A stretch of 64,000 bases of DNA from an uncultured Acidobacteriota bacterium (GTDB taxonomy: Bacteria; Acidobacteriota; Thermoanaerobaculia; Gp7-AA8), in the NCBI GenBank assembly GCA_963822445.1, contig CAWGHO010000003.1, positions 1,820,349 through 1,884,348 on the forward strand, in the 5' to 3' direction. The notes under the pieces are model-generated. The model had not been told where the DNA came from, ran no database searches, and worked only from the letters and a program-made list of their open reading frames with translations. Below, in pieces: positions 1-9,778 of the stretch (positions are counted from its first letter, which is position 1; every line of letters starts with the position of its first letter). The position numbers and the translations under genes were made by a program.

Positions 1-423
1 GCCCGCAAGATGGTCTGCGAGTGGGGCATGTCCGATCTCGGCCCCGTCACCTACGGCAAGAAAGAAGAAGCGATCTTCCTCGGCCGCGAGTTCGCGCAGC
101 ACCAGGACTTCTCCGAATCGACCGCGGTCGAGATCGACAAGGAAGTCCGCCGCATTCTCGACAAGGCCTACAAGGCCGCGCACGAGATCATCAGCGGCAA
201 CAAAGGCTCGCTCGATCGCATCGCGCGCAAGCTGCTCGAGCGCGAGACTCTCGAAGGCTGGGAAGTGAACCAGATCCTGACCGAAGAAACCGGAACGGAT
301 TACCTGAAGCTCAAGGAGTACTACCCCGAGCAAAGCCCCGGCGAGGCCATGACCATCGCGCCGGGATCGGGCCCGTCCACCGACGTGACCACACCGGTGG
401 TGCAACCCGATCGAACGACGTAG
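1..423 (+). CDS. ftsH: ATP-dependent zinc metalloprotease FtsH, C-terminal part (runs off window start)
   Basis: ARKMVCEWGMSDLGPVTYG...FLGRE...SESTAVEIDKEVRRIL...LLERETL is the typical peptidase M41 C-terminus. Confidence 0.93.
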   Translation, partial: ARKMVCEWGMSDLGPVTYGKKEEAIFLGREFAQHQDFSESTAVEIDKEVRRILDKAYKAAHEIISGNKGSLDRIARKLLERETLEGWEVNQILTEETGTDYLKLKEYYPEQSPGEAMTIAPGSGPSTDVTTPVVQPDRTT

Positions 424-438
424 TCCACGATGACAACG

Positions 439-474
439 ACGAAAAACGCCGGCCGCGAGGTCGGCGTTTTTCGT
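439..474 (+). terminator. Intrinsic terminator after ftsH (possibly bidirectional)
   Basis: ACGAAAAACGCCGGCC-GCGA-GGTCGGCGTTTTTCGT stem-loop with A and T tracts. Confidence 0.8.
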
Positions 475-541
475 TGGGGGCGCCGACCCCGTAACGGCGA
501 TTCGTAACCTCGTTAAGATGCGTACCTTCGGAGGTCAGCTC

Positions 542-1393
542 ATGTCCACAACGTTGCAGCTTGCCGGACGTCTGTCCGCGGTCGTGCAGACGCAGCATGA
601 AGTCCTCGCGGCCATCACCGATCTGGAGAGAGTGATGGCGCTCGTCGTCGAGCGCACACCGGAGGTGACCAGCGGCGACGGCGCGGTCATCGAGATCGTG
701 GAAGGAGACCAGCTCGTCTACCGCGCCGCGTCAGGCGCCGCGCGCGAACACGTCGGCCTGCGCCTCCCGTTCAAAGGCAGCCTCTCCGGCCTGGCCGTCA
801 CGGAGAAGTCGATCATGCAATGCGACGACGTCGAAGACGATCCGCGCGTCGATCGCGACGCCTGTCGCGCGATCGGAATCCGGTCGATGCTGATCGCCCC
901 GCTGCTCGAAGGGGACGTCGCCGTCGGCGCGCTCAAGACCTTCTCCTCCCGGGCTCGCGCATTCGGCGATCTCGACGTGTATGCGCTGCAACTCCTCGCG
1001 GGAATGGCCTCGGGCGGTCTGACTCAGGCGCAAACGTTCCGCGCGCTCCAAACCTCCGACACCCGCTACCGAATGCTCTTCGACCGCAACGTCGCCGGCG
1101 TGTTCCGCACCACGTTCGAAGGAGCCATCCTCGACTGCAACAACGCCCTGGTCCACTTCCTTGGATACGACTCGCGCGACGACCTGCTGGCCCACACGGC
1201 CTGGGACTTCTACCACGAGCGCTCCATGCGCGAAGAAGTTCTTCGCCTCGTGCAGGAGAATCGGATGATGCTCAACATCCGCATCCCGATGAAGCGGAAA
1301 GACGGCACCTCGCTCCTGGCGCTGATGACAGCGAGTCTGGTCCCCGGCGAGCGTGACGAGCCGAACCTGCTGGGGACGATCGTGGAGGCCTGA
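542..1393 (+). CDS. GAF + PAS sensor protein without an output domain
   Basis: N-terminal GAF (DDVEDDPRVD...GIRSMLIAPL) and PAS (YRMLFD...ILDCNNALVHFLGYDSRDDL...KRKDG); GGAGG RBS before ATG 542. Confidence 0.8.
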   Translation: MSTTLQLAGRLSAVVQTQHEVLAAITDLERVMALVVERTPEVTSGDGAVIEIVEGDQLVYRAASGAAREHVGLRLPFKGSLSGLAVTEKSIMQCDDVEDDPRVDRDACRAIGIRSMLIAPLLEGDVAVGALKTFSSRARAFGDLDVYALQLLAGMASGGLTQAQTFRALQTSDTRYRMLFDRNVAGVFRTTFEGAILDCNNALVHFLGYDSRDDLLAHTAWDFYHERSMREEVLRLVQENRMMLNIRIPMKRKDGTSLLALMTASLVPGERDEPNLLGTIVEA

Positions 1394-1441
1394 GGCCTCG
1401 GGTTCCTCACGTTTCGTTTCGGACGGACTTACGTTGAGCAC

Positions 1442-2884
1442 ATGCTCACGTTCGTTTTCGCCCTCGCCATCGCGGCCGAGCCGGCCATTCGATGGGAGCC
1501 GTTCCTGGTTCCCTTTCCCTCAGCGCTGCGGGCCCAACTCGGACGACTGACCGTCCCTCTGCGCCGCGCGCAACCCGACGCGGGCTCGGTGGATCTCGCG
1601 TTCGTTCGTCTTTCAACGGCAGGTGAGAAACGCGGCGCGCCGATCGTCTACCTCGCCGGCGGTCCCGGCACATCGGGGATCGCCGCGGCGCGCAATCCTT
1701 TTGCGATCGCGAACCTCACCCGCCTCGCCGAATCGGCCGACGTCATCCTGCTCGATCAGCGCGGCATCGGCCTCTCCACTCCCCGACCTGTCTGTGGACC
1801 GAGGACCGTCGAGCCGCAAGCGCGGTTCGCGTCGACGCCTGAGGTTCTGCCGCGCGTGGTCGCCGCCGCGCGCGCGTGCGCCGAGGAGTGGGCGGCGAAG
1901 GGCATCGACGTCACTGGATTCAACGTCGCCGAAAGCGCCGCCGATCTCGACGACCTCCGCAAAGCCCTCGGCGTCCCGAAGATCAGTCTCCTCGGCCACA
2001 GCTACGGAACCTACCTCGCGCTGACTGCCATCCGTGCGTACGGCGGCACGATCGAGCGCGCTGCGCTGATCGGCACCGCCGGACCGAATCACATGCGCAA
2101 GCTTCCGCTCATGCTCGATGCGCAACTGGCGAAGCTGTCGATGCTCGCGAAGGACGATCCGTCGATCGGCAGCGAGGTGCCGGACATGACCGTGCTTCTC
2201 CGCAGGGTTCTCGCGAAGCTCGAGCGCGAGCCGATGGCCGTGACCATCACCGATCGCGCGCGGAAGGAGAAGGTGCAGCTGCGCATCGGACCGGATGCAC
2301 TTCGCAGGATCCTCATTCTCGACATCGGCGATGGCAACGATTTCCCCTTCTTCCCTGCCCTGCTGCTCACGATCGAGCGCGGCGATCCTTCGATCCTCGC
2401 CTGGTTCGTGGAGAAGCGGTTCAACCAGGCTGCCGGCACTGATCTGATGACCTACGGAATGCGTTGTTCGGCGGGCGCGAGTGCGAGCCGCGATCGCGAG
2501 ATCGTTCTGCAGGCGCAGACCTCGATCCTGGGAAACGCGTTGAACACGCCGTATCCAGATGTCTGCGCGGCACTGCCGTCGATCGAAGGCGCCGACGCGC
2601 TACGCGCTCCGATCCACTCCGACCTCCCCGTGCTTTTCATCAGCGGCACGCTGGACAGCAACACGCCGCCGCATCAGGCCGAGGAGGTGCGCTGGGGGAT
2701 GCCGCGTGCGATGCATCTCATCGTGCCGAATGCCGGCCACGAAGATCTCGAACCGAACGCGGAAGTGCAGGCCGTCATCGCCGACTACTTCGCCGGCAAA
2801 GACGTTTCGGCGCGGCGTGTCGTGCTGCCGGTGCCCGATTTCAAGAGCGTCGAGGAAGCGAAGAAAGAGCGCCGCGTCGAATGA
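1442..2884 (+). CDS. Secreted alpha/beta hydrolase, TAP-like (S33) peptidase
   Basis: Signal-like N-terminus; LAGGPG, LDQRGIGLS, GHSYG nucleophile, GTLDSNTP Asp, NAGH His. Confidence 0.85.
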   Translation: MLTFVFALAIAAEPAIRWEPFLVPFPSALRAQLGRLTVPLRRAQPDAGSVDLAFVRLSTAGEKRGAPIVYLAGGPGTSGIAAARNPFAIANLTRLAESADVILLDQRGIGLSTPRPVCGPRTVEPQARFASTPEVLPRVVAAARACAEEWAAKGIDVTGFNVAESAADLDDLRKALGVPKISLLGHSYGTYLALTAIRAYGGTIERAALIGTAGPNHMRKLPLMLDAQLAKLSMLAKDDPSIGSEVPDMTVLLRRVLAKLEREPMAVTITDRARKEKVQLRIGPDALRRILILDIGDGNDFPFFPALLLTIERGDPSILAWFVEKRFNQAAGTDLMTYGMRCSAGASASRDREIVLQAQTSILGNALNTPYPDVCAALPSIEGADALRAPIHSDLPVLFISGTLDSNTPPHQAEEVRWGMPRAMHLIVPNAGHEDLEPNAEVQAVIADYFAGKDVSARRVVLPVPDFKSVEEAKKERRVE

Positions 2885-2902
2885 CGCGGCGCTCACTCTC
2901 GA

Positions 2903-5428
2903 CTACTTGAGATGATGCAGGTTCGCCTGGACCGCGGCCAGCGCGTAATCGCCACGGGTGATGCCGGACTGGGGCTGGAACACCGCCTTGATCTTCGGCA
3001 ACAGCGGGTTGGTGTTGTCGACGTAGAACGTCGCGTTGAGGATGCCGAGATCGAGGGCCAGCTGCACGTAGCCGCGGAGCTCGGGCCGGATCCGGTTCTC
3101 GTCGGAGAGCACGATGCGCGCGCCTTCGTACGGCGCTGTCACCGAGCCAGTGGTCTCCTCCGCTGTCTTCTGCAGGCCGAGCGCCTGGATGAGCGCATAC
3201 GCGAGCTCCTGGCGCTCCATGTCGGCGTTCGGCTTGAACATGCCGCGGCTGCGGTCGACGAGCGAGACCGGCTTCGCATCGTGATTGAGATCGAAGAGCA
3301 GCGTGCCGTTCGCGGTGACCATCTGCGCGAAGACTTCCGCGGCCGGGTTGTCGTTGGTCAGGTCCGCGAACAGCCGCCGGCCGAACAGGTCCAGGCGTTG
3401 GCGGATGCCGAAACCGGAGACCAGATACTCGGCGGCGGCAATGCGATCGATCTTGCGGTCCGGACTGAACGTTCCGTTCGTCAACGAATCGACGAGCCGG
3501 TTGCTGGCGGCAAACTCGATCACGCCGCGCATCGGGTGCGCGGCAATGTCGTTGAGTCCTGTGAAGCCTTGCGTGATGTAGGTCCGCACCGTGACGTTGG
3601 CGGTTCCCGGCCCGGCGATGCCGTTCGTCAGCTGCAGCGGATCCACCGCGACTCCCGATACTCCGCCGATGCCGCGCATGGTGACGGTCCAGCGGCCCGG
3701 CTTGCCCGGCGCCGCCGCCGAGACGATCGGCGCGAGCACCGGCTGCGCGATCCCCGAGCCATACGACTTGCCGTCCGGATCGATGAGCAGGACCGCGCAG
3801 GTACACGGGCTGCCCGTCGGCTGCGACCACCGCGCCGTCACCACCGCGACCTCGGGACCGATCTCAAACTCTGCGAATCCGGTCTGCCCGCGCGGCGCCG
3901 GCATGAACGCGATGCTGTAGGTATTGACCACCGGGCTTTCGACGACGGTGGCGTTCGCGTTGAAACCGCCGGGACGCGTGAGGTTGTTGGCGAGGCCGAA
4001 ATCGGTGCGCCTGCCGAGAGCCATCGCCACGGCCGCCTCGACGTTCGCGTGACCGGCGCCGACTTCCCACGGCTCGTAGCCGGACATGTTCGTCGCCGTC
4101 GCTTTGAGAATCGACTTCACTTCACGCCAGCCGAGGTTCGGGTTCGCTTCGAGGATGATGGCCACCAGGCCGGCCACGTGCGGCGCGGCCATCGAGGTGC
4201 CCGTCTTGATCGAGTAGAACGGAGCGAGCGTCGGGCCGAGGACTTCGAGATCGGTCTGGAAGCCGATGTTGCCGGTGGCGTCGGCGGTGGCGAGCGCGCG
4301 CGGCGCCGCGATGGACGTGCCCGGAGCGACGACCGTCGGACGATCCTCCACCGTGAACGTCTCGCTGCCGATCGTCACCTGATAGACGCCGCCTGAGATC
4401 TGACCGCGCGACGACGACGGCGCGAGCGTCCCCTTCTTCGTGCCGTTGCCCGCCAGGATGACCCACGGCGACTTCTTGTACGGGCCGGTGATCGTGTCCG
4501 GGCCGGAGCCGCTGTTGCCGGCGGAGAAGACGGTGATCACGCCGACGTCCGCGAGCAGCTTGGAGGCGATGACCGTCGGATCGTTGGGGTTGAACGGCTG
4601 GCCGATCGTGCTCGGACCGCCGAACGAATTGGTGATGATGCGGATGTTGTATCGCGCGTGGTTGGCGAGCGCGTAGTCGAACGCACCTGCCGTGTTCAGG
4701 ATGGAGATCGCCGCGCCGGAGCCGTAGCCGATGATGTGCGCTCCTCGCGCTGCTCCCGCGTAAACGCCGTTGGACATCGTTCCGAGACCGGCGGCGATGC
4801 CGGCGACGTGGGTTCCGTGCGAGCCGGCGACGTCGGTGTTGGGCACGTTCTCGATGTTGAGGAACGGCTCCAGCGTGCCGGCGTTGACCGGGCCGCCGGC
4901 GTGTCCGAGGACGTTCTGGACGACCTTCGTGCCGAAGAGGAGGTCGGGATGGGTACCGTCGACCCCGGAGTCATTGACGAGGATGCCGATGCCGCGGCCT
5001 GTGAATGGGAGGCCGACCGCCGTCCGCAGCTGCTGGTTCGCGGCGAGCTGATCGACGGAGCTGAGCGTGCGCGCCTGCGACATCTCGTACTCGAGCCGGT
5101 CGTTGAGCCAGACCGAGCGCACGTCCGGCATCGCGGCGATAGCTTGCACCTGCGCGGGCGTGGCCAGCACGCCGGCCATCGGAAGTCTCTGAAAATAAAG
5201 GCCTCCCACGCCGATCGTGCGGAGTGCGTCGAGCTGGGCCGCGGTGACCGGTCCGCTGCCGTGGTAGGTGACGATGACCTCAATGAGGTCGGCCGGCGCC
5301 GCCGATTGCAGCCGCTGGACGAGCGTCGGGCCGAGATCGGCCTTCGCCGTGGCGGAAAGCGCAGGCAAGAGGCTGAGAAGGACGAGGGCGATGAGGCCGG
5401 CACGAAGCCGCGAGGTTGAAGCTGCCAT
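2903..5428 (-). CDS. Secreted S8 subtilase with C-terminal SLH-like region
   Basis: Signal peptide; catalytic NDSG, SHGTHVAG, GTSMAAPHVAG; C-terminal FSPDRKIDR / FKPNADMERQE / FQPQSGITRGD SLH-like repeats. Confidence 0.9.
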   Translation of the reverse strand: MAASTSRLRAGLIALVLLSLLPALSATAKADLGPTLVQRLQSAAPADLIEVIVTYHGSGPVTAAQLDALRTIGVGGLYFQRLPMAGVLATPAQVQAIAAMPDVRSVWLNDRLEYEMSQARTLSSVDQLAANQQLRTAVGLPFTGRGIGILVNDSGVDGTHPDLLFGTKVVQNVLGHAGGPVNAGTLEPFLNIENVPNTDVAGSHGTHVAGIAAGLGTMSNGVYAGAARGAHIIGYGSGAAISILNTAGAFDYALANHARYNIRIITNSFGGPSTIGQPFNPNDPTVIASKLLADVGVITVFSAGNSGSGPDTITGPYKKSPWVILAGNGTKKGTLAPSSSRGQISGGVYQVTIGSETFTVEDRPTVVAPGTSIAAPRALATADATGNIGFQTDLEVLGPTLAPFYSIKTGTSMAAPHVAGLVAIILEANPNLGWREVKSILKATATNMSGYEPWEVGAGHANVEAAVAMALGRRTDFGLANNLTRPGGFNANATVVESPVVNTYSIAFMPAPRGQTGFAEFEIGPEVAVVTARWSQPTGSPCTCAVLLIDPDGKSYGSGIAQPVLAPIVSAAAPGKPGRWTVTMRGIGGVSGVAVDPLQLTNGIAGPGTANVTVRTYITQGFTGLNDIAAHPMRGVIEFAASNRLVDSLTNGTFSPDRKIDRIAAAEYLVSGFGIRQRLDLFGRRLFADLTNDNPAAEVFAQMVTANGTLLFDLNHDAKPVSLVDRSRGMFKPNADMERQELAYALIQALGLQKTAEETTGSVTAPYEGARIVLSDENRIRPELRGYVQLALDLGILNATFYVDNTNPLLPKIKAVFQPQSGITRGDYALAAVQANLHHLK

Positions 5429-5565
5429 TGGTGAACATCCTCCTGATTTGCTGAAGCGGGCACCACTTTCGTGGTAGTCGTAATACTACCATGATGCGTG
5501 CCAAGGCAGCTCAGCCGGTGATCCGCGTCACTGGCCGCCACACTCGCAGCCGAGCTGGCTCAGCG

Positions 5566-5581
5566 CGGCACCCGTCGTGCT
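5566..5581 (+). promoter_or_regulatory. Putative sigma54 (-24/-12) promoter for the lipoprotein gene
   Basis: CGGCACCCGTCGTGCT = GG-N10-GC, ~28 nt upstream of ATG 5609. Confidence 0.45.
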
Positions 5582-5608
5582 CTACGCAGGGCAGGAGGCC
5601 CGAAAATT

Positions 5609-6112
5609 ATGAGAAAAATCTTTCTGGCAGTGACATTGGTATTGATGACGGTGGTGGTGGTCGGTTGTGGCCGCGACGAGACGGCCGAGCCGCCGGCGAC
5701 GACGACGACTGTCGAACAGGCCGGGACCAGCAGCCCCTCGGACGTCGCGCCGATCACGGCGCAGACCTGGCTGGATGACTTCACCCTCGGCCACGAGCTC
5801 GCTCCGGACGGCACGATGGTCGCGGGCAAGGGCGGCGACGATTTCGCACCCGGCCAGCCGGTCAACCTGTCGATGGAAGTCGGCGACGCTCCCCCGAACT
5901 CGACCGTCAAGGTCGTCTGGTACGGCCCGAACGAGACCAAGATCGGCGAAGAGAACAAGCCGGTCGTGGCCGGTCAGAAGTACCTCGCCTTCACCTCAGC
6001 CGACACGAAGTCGTGGGCGAAAGGCGACTATCGCGCCGAGGTCTGGATCGGCGACGAGAAGGTCAACACGCAGCAGTTCCAGATCGTCGACCCCGCCGGC
6101 GCCGGCAAATAA
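5609..6112 (+). CDS. Hypothetical lipoprotein with Ig-like beta-sandwich
   Basis: Lipobox VVGC, Thr/Pro linker, C-terminal W..GDYRAEVWI pattern; AGGAGG RBS. Confidence 0.75.
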   Translation: MRKIFLAVTLVLMTVVVVGCGRDETAEPPATTTTVEQAGTSSPSDVAPITAQTWLDDFTLGHELAPDGTMVAGKGGDDFAPGQPVNLSMEVGDAPPNSTVKVVWYGPNETKIGEENKPVVAGQKYLAFTSADTKSWAKGDYRAEVWIGDEKVNTQQFQIVDPAGAGK

Positions 6113-6128
6113 CGAGCGCACCCGCAGT

Positions 6129-6164
6129 GAGGGGCTCCGCAAGCGCGGAGCCCCTCTTTTTTTT
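6129..6164 (+). terminator. Intrinsic terminator between convergent genes
   Basis: GAGGGGCTCCGC-AAGC-GCGGAGCCCCTC followed by T8. Confidence 0.9.
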
Positions 6165-6169
6165 GCGAG

Positions 6170-9100
6170 TTACGGAGTGCAGGCCGCGGTCTCACCGACC
6201 AGGGCCGTGAACGGAGTGTTCGCGAGTCCGGAGACGGTGATGTTGTCGATCTCCCATCCCGGCGCGCCGGTGGAGTCGTCGGCGCCGACGCGGAAGCGGA
6301 TCATCACGGTCTGGTTCGCGTAGGTAGTGCCGAGGTTGCGGGTCACGGTGGCGAAGTTCGGCCAGCCCACCATGCGGTTGACGAAGGCCGGGCGGCTCGC
6401 GCCGATCGGAGCGTTGGTGGCCGCGCTGGTCACGCCGTTGTACGAGCCGACGCCGATGTCGGTCCAGCTGGCGCCGCCGTTCGTGCTGAGCTCGATCACG
6501 CCGCCATCCCAGTTACCGGCCTCGAATGCGAAGCGATGCTGGAAGGTGATCACCAGCGGCCCGCTGCCGACCTGCATCGCCGGCGAGATCAGCGACTGCT
6601 GATCGGGCAGGCTCGGGTTGATGTCGTCGATCTGCCCGTTGTTGTCCGGTCCCCACCAGACGTGCTGCGTCGGCGTGATCGCACGCCGCTGCCAGCGGTC
6701 GATGTTCGGCGCGGTAGTGGCGTTGCCGGCCACGGTCCAGCCGGGATTTCCGGCCTCGACCGACTCCGTCGCGGATGCCGCGGCCTGCTCGTCGTAATTC
6801 ACGCGATGAGTCGAGACGATGTTCAGCGGACCGGGCAGACCGAGCTCCGGTGATGCGACGGACACCTTGAAATCAGCAGTCTCGAGTCCGGCGGCGCCGT
6901 TGACCGCGACGCGGATCGAACCGGTGCTGGTGCCGTTCTTCTGCACGGGCGGGAACGAGACCGTGTTGCCGTCGGGGAAGCTGACGTTGGCGTTGGTCGA
7001 GGTGACGGTCAGCGTCACATGGTTCACGTTGTTCGGACCCTGGTTCATCAGCGTGACCGTCAGATTTCCGGTCTCGCCGTTGTCGATGACGCCGTCGGCG
7101 TCGCACGAGGCCACGTCATCCGCGAGCGTGGCGTCGACGAGCTCGAGCTGCGCCAGCTCCCAGATTCCGCGGCCGTACGTGGCGATGCGGAGGAAGCCCC
7201 CGTCCGGCGGCATGTAGATGTCGTTGACGCGCACGGTCGGCAGGCCGTTGCCGTACGGCGACCAGTTCGCTCCCCCATCGGTCGTTCTGTAAATCCCGAC
7301 GTGGGTCGCCGCGTAGATCGTGTTGCGCGACGCGTCGCGCGGGTCGAAGTAGACGCGCGTGACCGGCAGATCGGGAAGACCGTTCTGCATCGGCGTCCAG
7401 GTCGCGGTTGCCCAGCTCGCGCTCGGGCTGGCGATCGTCCCTTTGATAACGCGCACCGAGCCCGGTGCCTGCGCGACGGCGGTGACCCAGAGATTCTGAT
7501 TGTCCTGCCAGGTCAGGTTCGACACGAAGCCCTGATAGCCCGGGACCAGCGCGATCAGATTGACGTCCGTCCAGCTCGCGCCGTTGTTGGTGGTGATGTC
7601 GATGAAGCCGCCGCCGGCGCCGACGGCGATCCGGCCCAGATCGAGCGGGCTGACGCCGAGGTTGTAGGGGCTGGAGCGGAAGCGGCGCGTCGGCGGAAGG
7701 CCAGGCGAAACCGGCGGAGTGGCTGAGCCGAGCAACACAAAGCTCAAGCCGCCGTCGTTGGTCCGCCAGACGCGCGACGCGGTGAAGTGGAAGAACACCT
7801 TCCCCGTCGCATCGAGGCTCGCCTCGGGCGCAATGATCGCGGTGAAGAAGCCGGCGCCCGCGGTGTCAGTCAATCCGCCGCGAGAGACCCAGTTCTGAAA
7901 GACGTTCGGATTGCTGATCAGGCTCGTGCGGATGCCGGAGCCCTGCGAGCTGCCGAGGAGCGCGTTGGTGTTGGCCTGGCTGTGGGCGGTGCCCATGCCG
8001 TCGCCGCCGATCACCTGATCGTGGATGCCGCTGTTGTCGGTGCGCAGGCGCGTGCCGTTGTCCTGCGTGCCGCCGATGACCAGGTTCGGGAAGCCGGGGC
8101 TGCCGGCGACCGTGTAGTAGAGGTGCGAGACGAGCCCGTTGTTCTTGTCGCTGCTGAACGTCACCCCGTCATCGGTGCTGATGTTCAAGCCGCCGTCGTT
8201 GCCGAGGATGATCGTCGGCGTGCCGGTCGTCTTGAAGGCCGCGGCATGGTGATCGGCGTGCGCGTACGGAAGGGTCGGGAACTGGCTATACAGCCACCAG
8301 GTCTTGACCGACCAGCTCGTGCCGCCGTTCGTGGTCTGTGCGGTGGCGAGGTCGCCGCCGATCCAGACCGTGTTCCGCGCGGGGTCGCGCGGATCTACGA
8401 GGATCATCTGGTTGTACCAGCACTGGCCGTGGCAGATGTTCATGTTGGTCATGCCGGCGACCGGGTTGAGCGGCACTTTCGTCGAATTGACGCCGTTCGC
8501 GACCCAGGTCTGGCCGCCGTCCGCGGAGCGATAGACGTCGCGGAGCTGGGTGTCGTTCTGCACGTTCGCATAGGCGTACACGACGCTGTCGCCGGGAAGC
8601 GCGACACCGAGCGTCGTCCGGCCGTTGGCCGAGAAAACGGTGCCGGCGTTCGAGATCGGCGCCCAGGTCGCGCCTTTGTCGGTAGAGAGATAAAGCGTCG
8701 TTGCCAATCCGCACTGCAGACCGTTGTTCACCGCGGGACACGGCTGCGCCGAGGCCAGCCATCCCGCGCTGGTGCGCACGATGTTCCAGACGGACATGCC
8801 GTTGAATGTGGCAACCGCCGAGTACGTGTCGCCTTCATTGGCCGAGCGATATAGACCGTCATTCGTCGCCACGAGGACGATGTCGCGGTTCGTGCTGGTG
8901 TCGACTTTCACGTCGCGAACGGCGATCGAGCTGCCCAGCTCGATCACGTCCGACCAGGTGTTGCCGCCGTTGGTCGACTTGACCATCGAGCCGCCGACGA
9001 GGATCTGGTCGACGAAGTCGCCGAGGCCGAGGTAGAGCGTGTTGGGATTCTTTCCGAAGGCTACCGAGCCGCCGCCCGTCGTCGGCAGGTCGTCCGTCAG

Positions 9101-9586
9101 CGGGGTCCACTCCGTATTCGGCGAGCTCCAGTTGTTGGTGCGCCACAGGCCGCCGCCCGAGGTCAGGAAGTAGACCACTTCCGGATTCGTCGGATGCGGC
9201 AGGACCGTGCGAGCGCGTCCGCTGTCGCGAACGTGACCGGTGAAGCTGCCGTTCTGCTCGAAGTTCGCGCCCATCGGTCCGATGTTCACCCACTTCGGTC
9301 CGGGTGCGTTCTTCTTCGCCGAGTGGTTCTTCCCTTCCTTCATCGCATTGCTGCGGAATTCGGGAGTCACGACGCCCCAGGCCGCGCGCTGCCATTCGAG
9401 CCGCGCCGTCGGGTTGTCCTGTTCGGGAAGGCTTGCTTTCGCTTCCGCGTCCGCTTCTTCGGTCAGCGCGACGTACGGAGTCTCGTCGACGGGGACGCTT
9501 TCCTGGGCGAGAGCCGGCAGCATCATCGCCAGCGAGACGACCAGGACGAGGGAAAGCCGTGGCCAGAGAAACTTCGTTTTCTTCAT
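6170..9586 (-). CDS. Large secreted BNR/VPS10-like beta-propeller protein with C-terminal beta-sandwich domains
   Basis: Start MKKTKF with GGAGGA RBS; many S.DGG.TW Asp-boxes, HADHHA, GGTQDNG, ATYGRGIWE; C-terminal FEAGNWDGGVIELSTNGG...GWEIDNI module. Confidence 0.8.
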   Translation of the reverse strand: MKKTKFLWPRLSLVLVVSLAMMLPALAQESVPVDETPYVALTEEADAEAKASLPEQDNPTARLEWQRAAWGVVTPEFRSNAMKEGKNHSAKKNAPGPKWVNIGPMGANFEQNGSFTGHVRDSGRARTVLPHPTNPEVVYFLTSGGGLWRTNNWSSPNTEWTPLTDDLPTTGGGSVAFGKNPNTLYLGLGDFVDQILVGGSMVKSTNGGNTWSDVIELGSSIAVRDVKVDTSTNRDIVLVATNDGLYRSANEGDTYSAVATFNGMSVWNIVRTSAGWLASAQPCPAVNNGLQCGLATTLYLSTDKGATWAPISNAGTVFSANGRTTLGVALPGDSVVYAYANVQNDTQLRDVYRSADGGQTWVANGVNSTKVPLNPVAGMTNMNICHGQCWYNQMILVDPRDPARNTVWIGGDLATAQTTNGGTSWSVKTWWLYSQFPTLPYAHADHHAAAFKTTGTPTIILGNDGGLNISTDDGVTFSSDKNNGLVSHLYYTVAGSPGFPNLVIGGTQDNGTRLRTDNSGIHDQVIGGDGMGTAHSQANTNALLGSSQGSGIRTSLISNPNVFQNWVSRGGLTDTAGAGFFTAIIAPEASLDATGKVFFHFTASRVWRTNDGGLSFVLLGSATPPVSPGLPPTRRFRSSPYNLGVSPLDLGRIAVGAGGGFIDITTNNGASWTDVNLIALVPGYQGFVSNLTWQDNQNLWVTAVAQAPGSVRVIKGTIASPSASWATATWTPMQNGLPDLPVTRVYFDPRDASRNTIYAATHVGIYRTTDGGANWSPYGNGLPTVRVNDIYMPPDGGFLRIATYGRGIWELAQLELVDATLADDVASCDADGVIDNGETGNLTVTLMNQGPNNVNHVTLTVTSTNANVSFPDGNTVSFPPVQKNGTSTGSIRVAVNGAAGLETADFKVSVASPELGLPGPLNIVSTHRVNYDEQAAASATESVEAGNPGWTVAGNATTAPNIDRWQRRAITPTQHVWWGPDNNGQIDDINPSLPDQQSLISPAMQVGSGPLVITFQHRFAFEAGNWDGGVIELSTNGGASWTDIGVGSYNGVTSAATNAPIGASRPAFVNRMVGWPNFATVTRNLGTTYANQTVMIRFRVGADDSTGAPGWEIDNITVSGLANTPFTALVGETAACTP

Positions 9587-9778
9587 GAATCCTCCACCAA
9601 AGTTGGTTCGAGAACGGAGTAAGAGGGACTGCGAGCCGGGGAAGAAAACCGAACGTTGGTGGCCGCGCGCATGCAGCTGCGGAGAGAGGCCGCGAGCCGA
9701 ATGAGCGTCACCCTGCACACCCGAAGTAGCGATGAAGAGAGGCGCCAATAGTACCAGTGACGGAAGGAAATCGTGCTG

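Noticed and set aside
2912-4396. Long antisense or alternate-frame ORFs (also 22913-24541, 47465-49198, 50454-52415 and others)
   Set aside because: Shadow ORFs expected in high-GC DNA opposite or overlapping well-supported genes; no motifs.
5489-5504. sigma54 promoter for the S8 gene (TGGCACGCATCATGG)
   Set aside because: The -24 is perfect but the -12 lacks the GC; an adjacent TAGTAT -10 explains the promoter equally well.
9587-9770. Riboswitch in the long leader of the propeller gene
   Set aside because: No recognisable c-di-GMP, TPP, cobalamin or other aptamer consensus; an Rfam/Infernal search would be needed.
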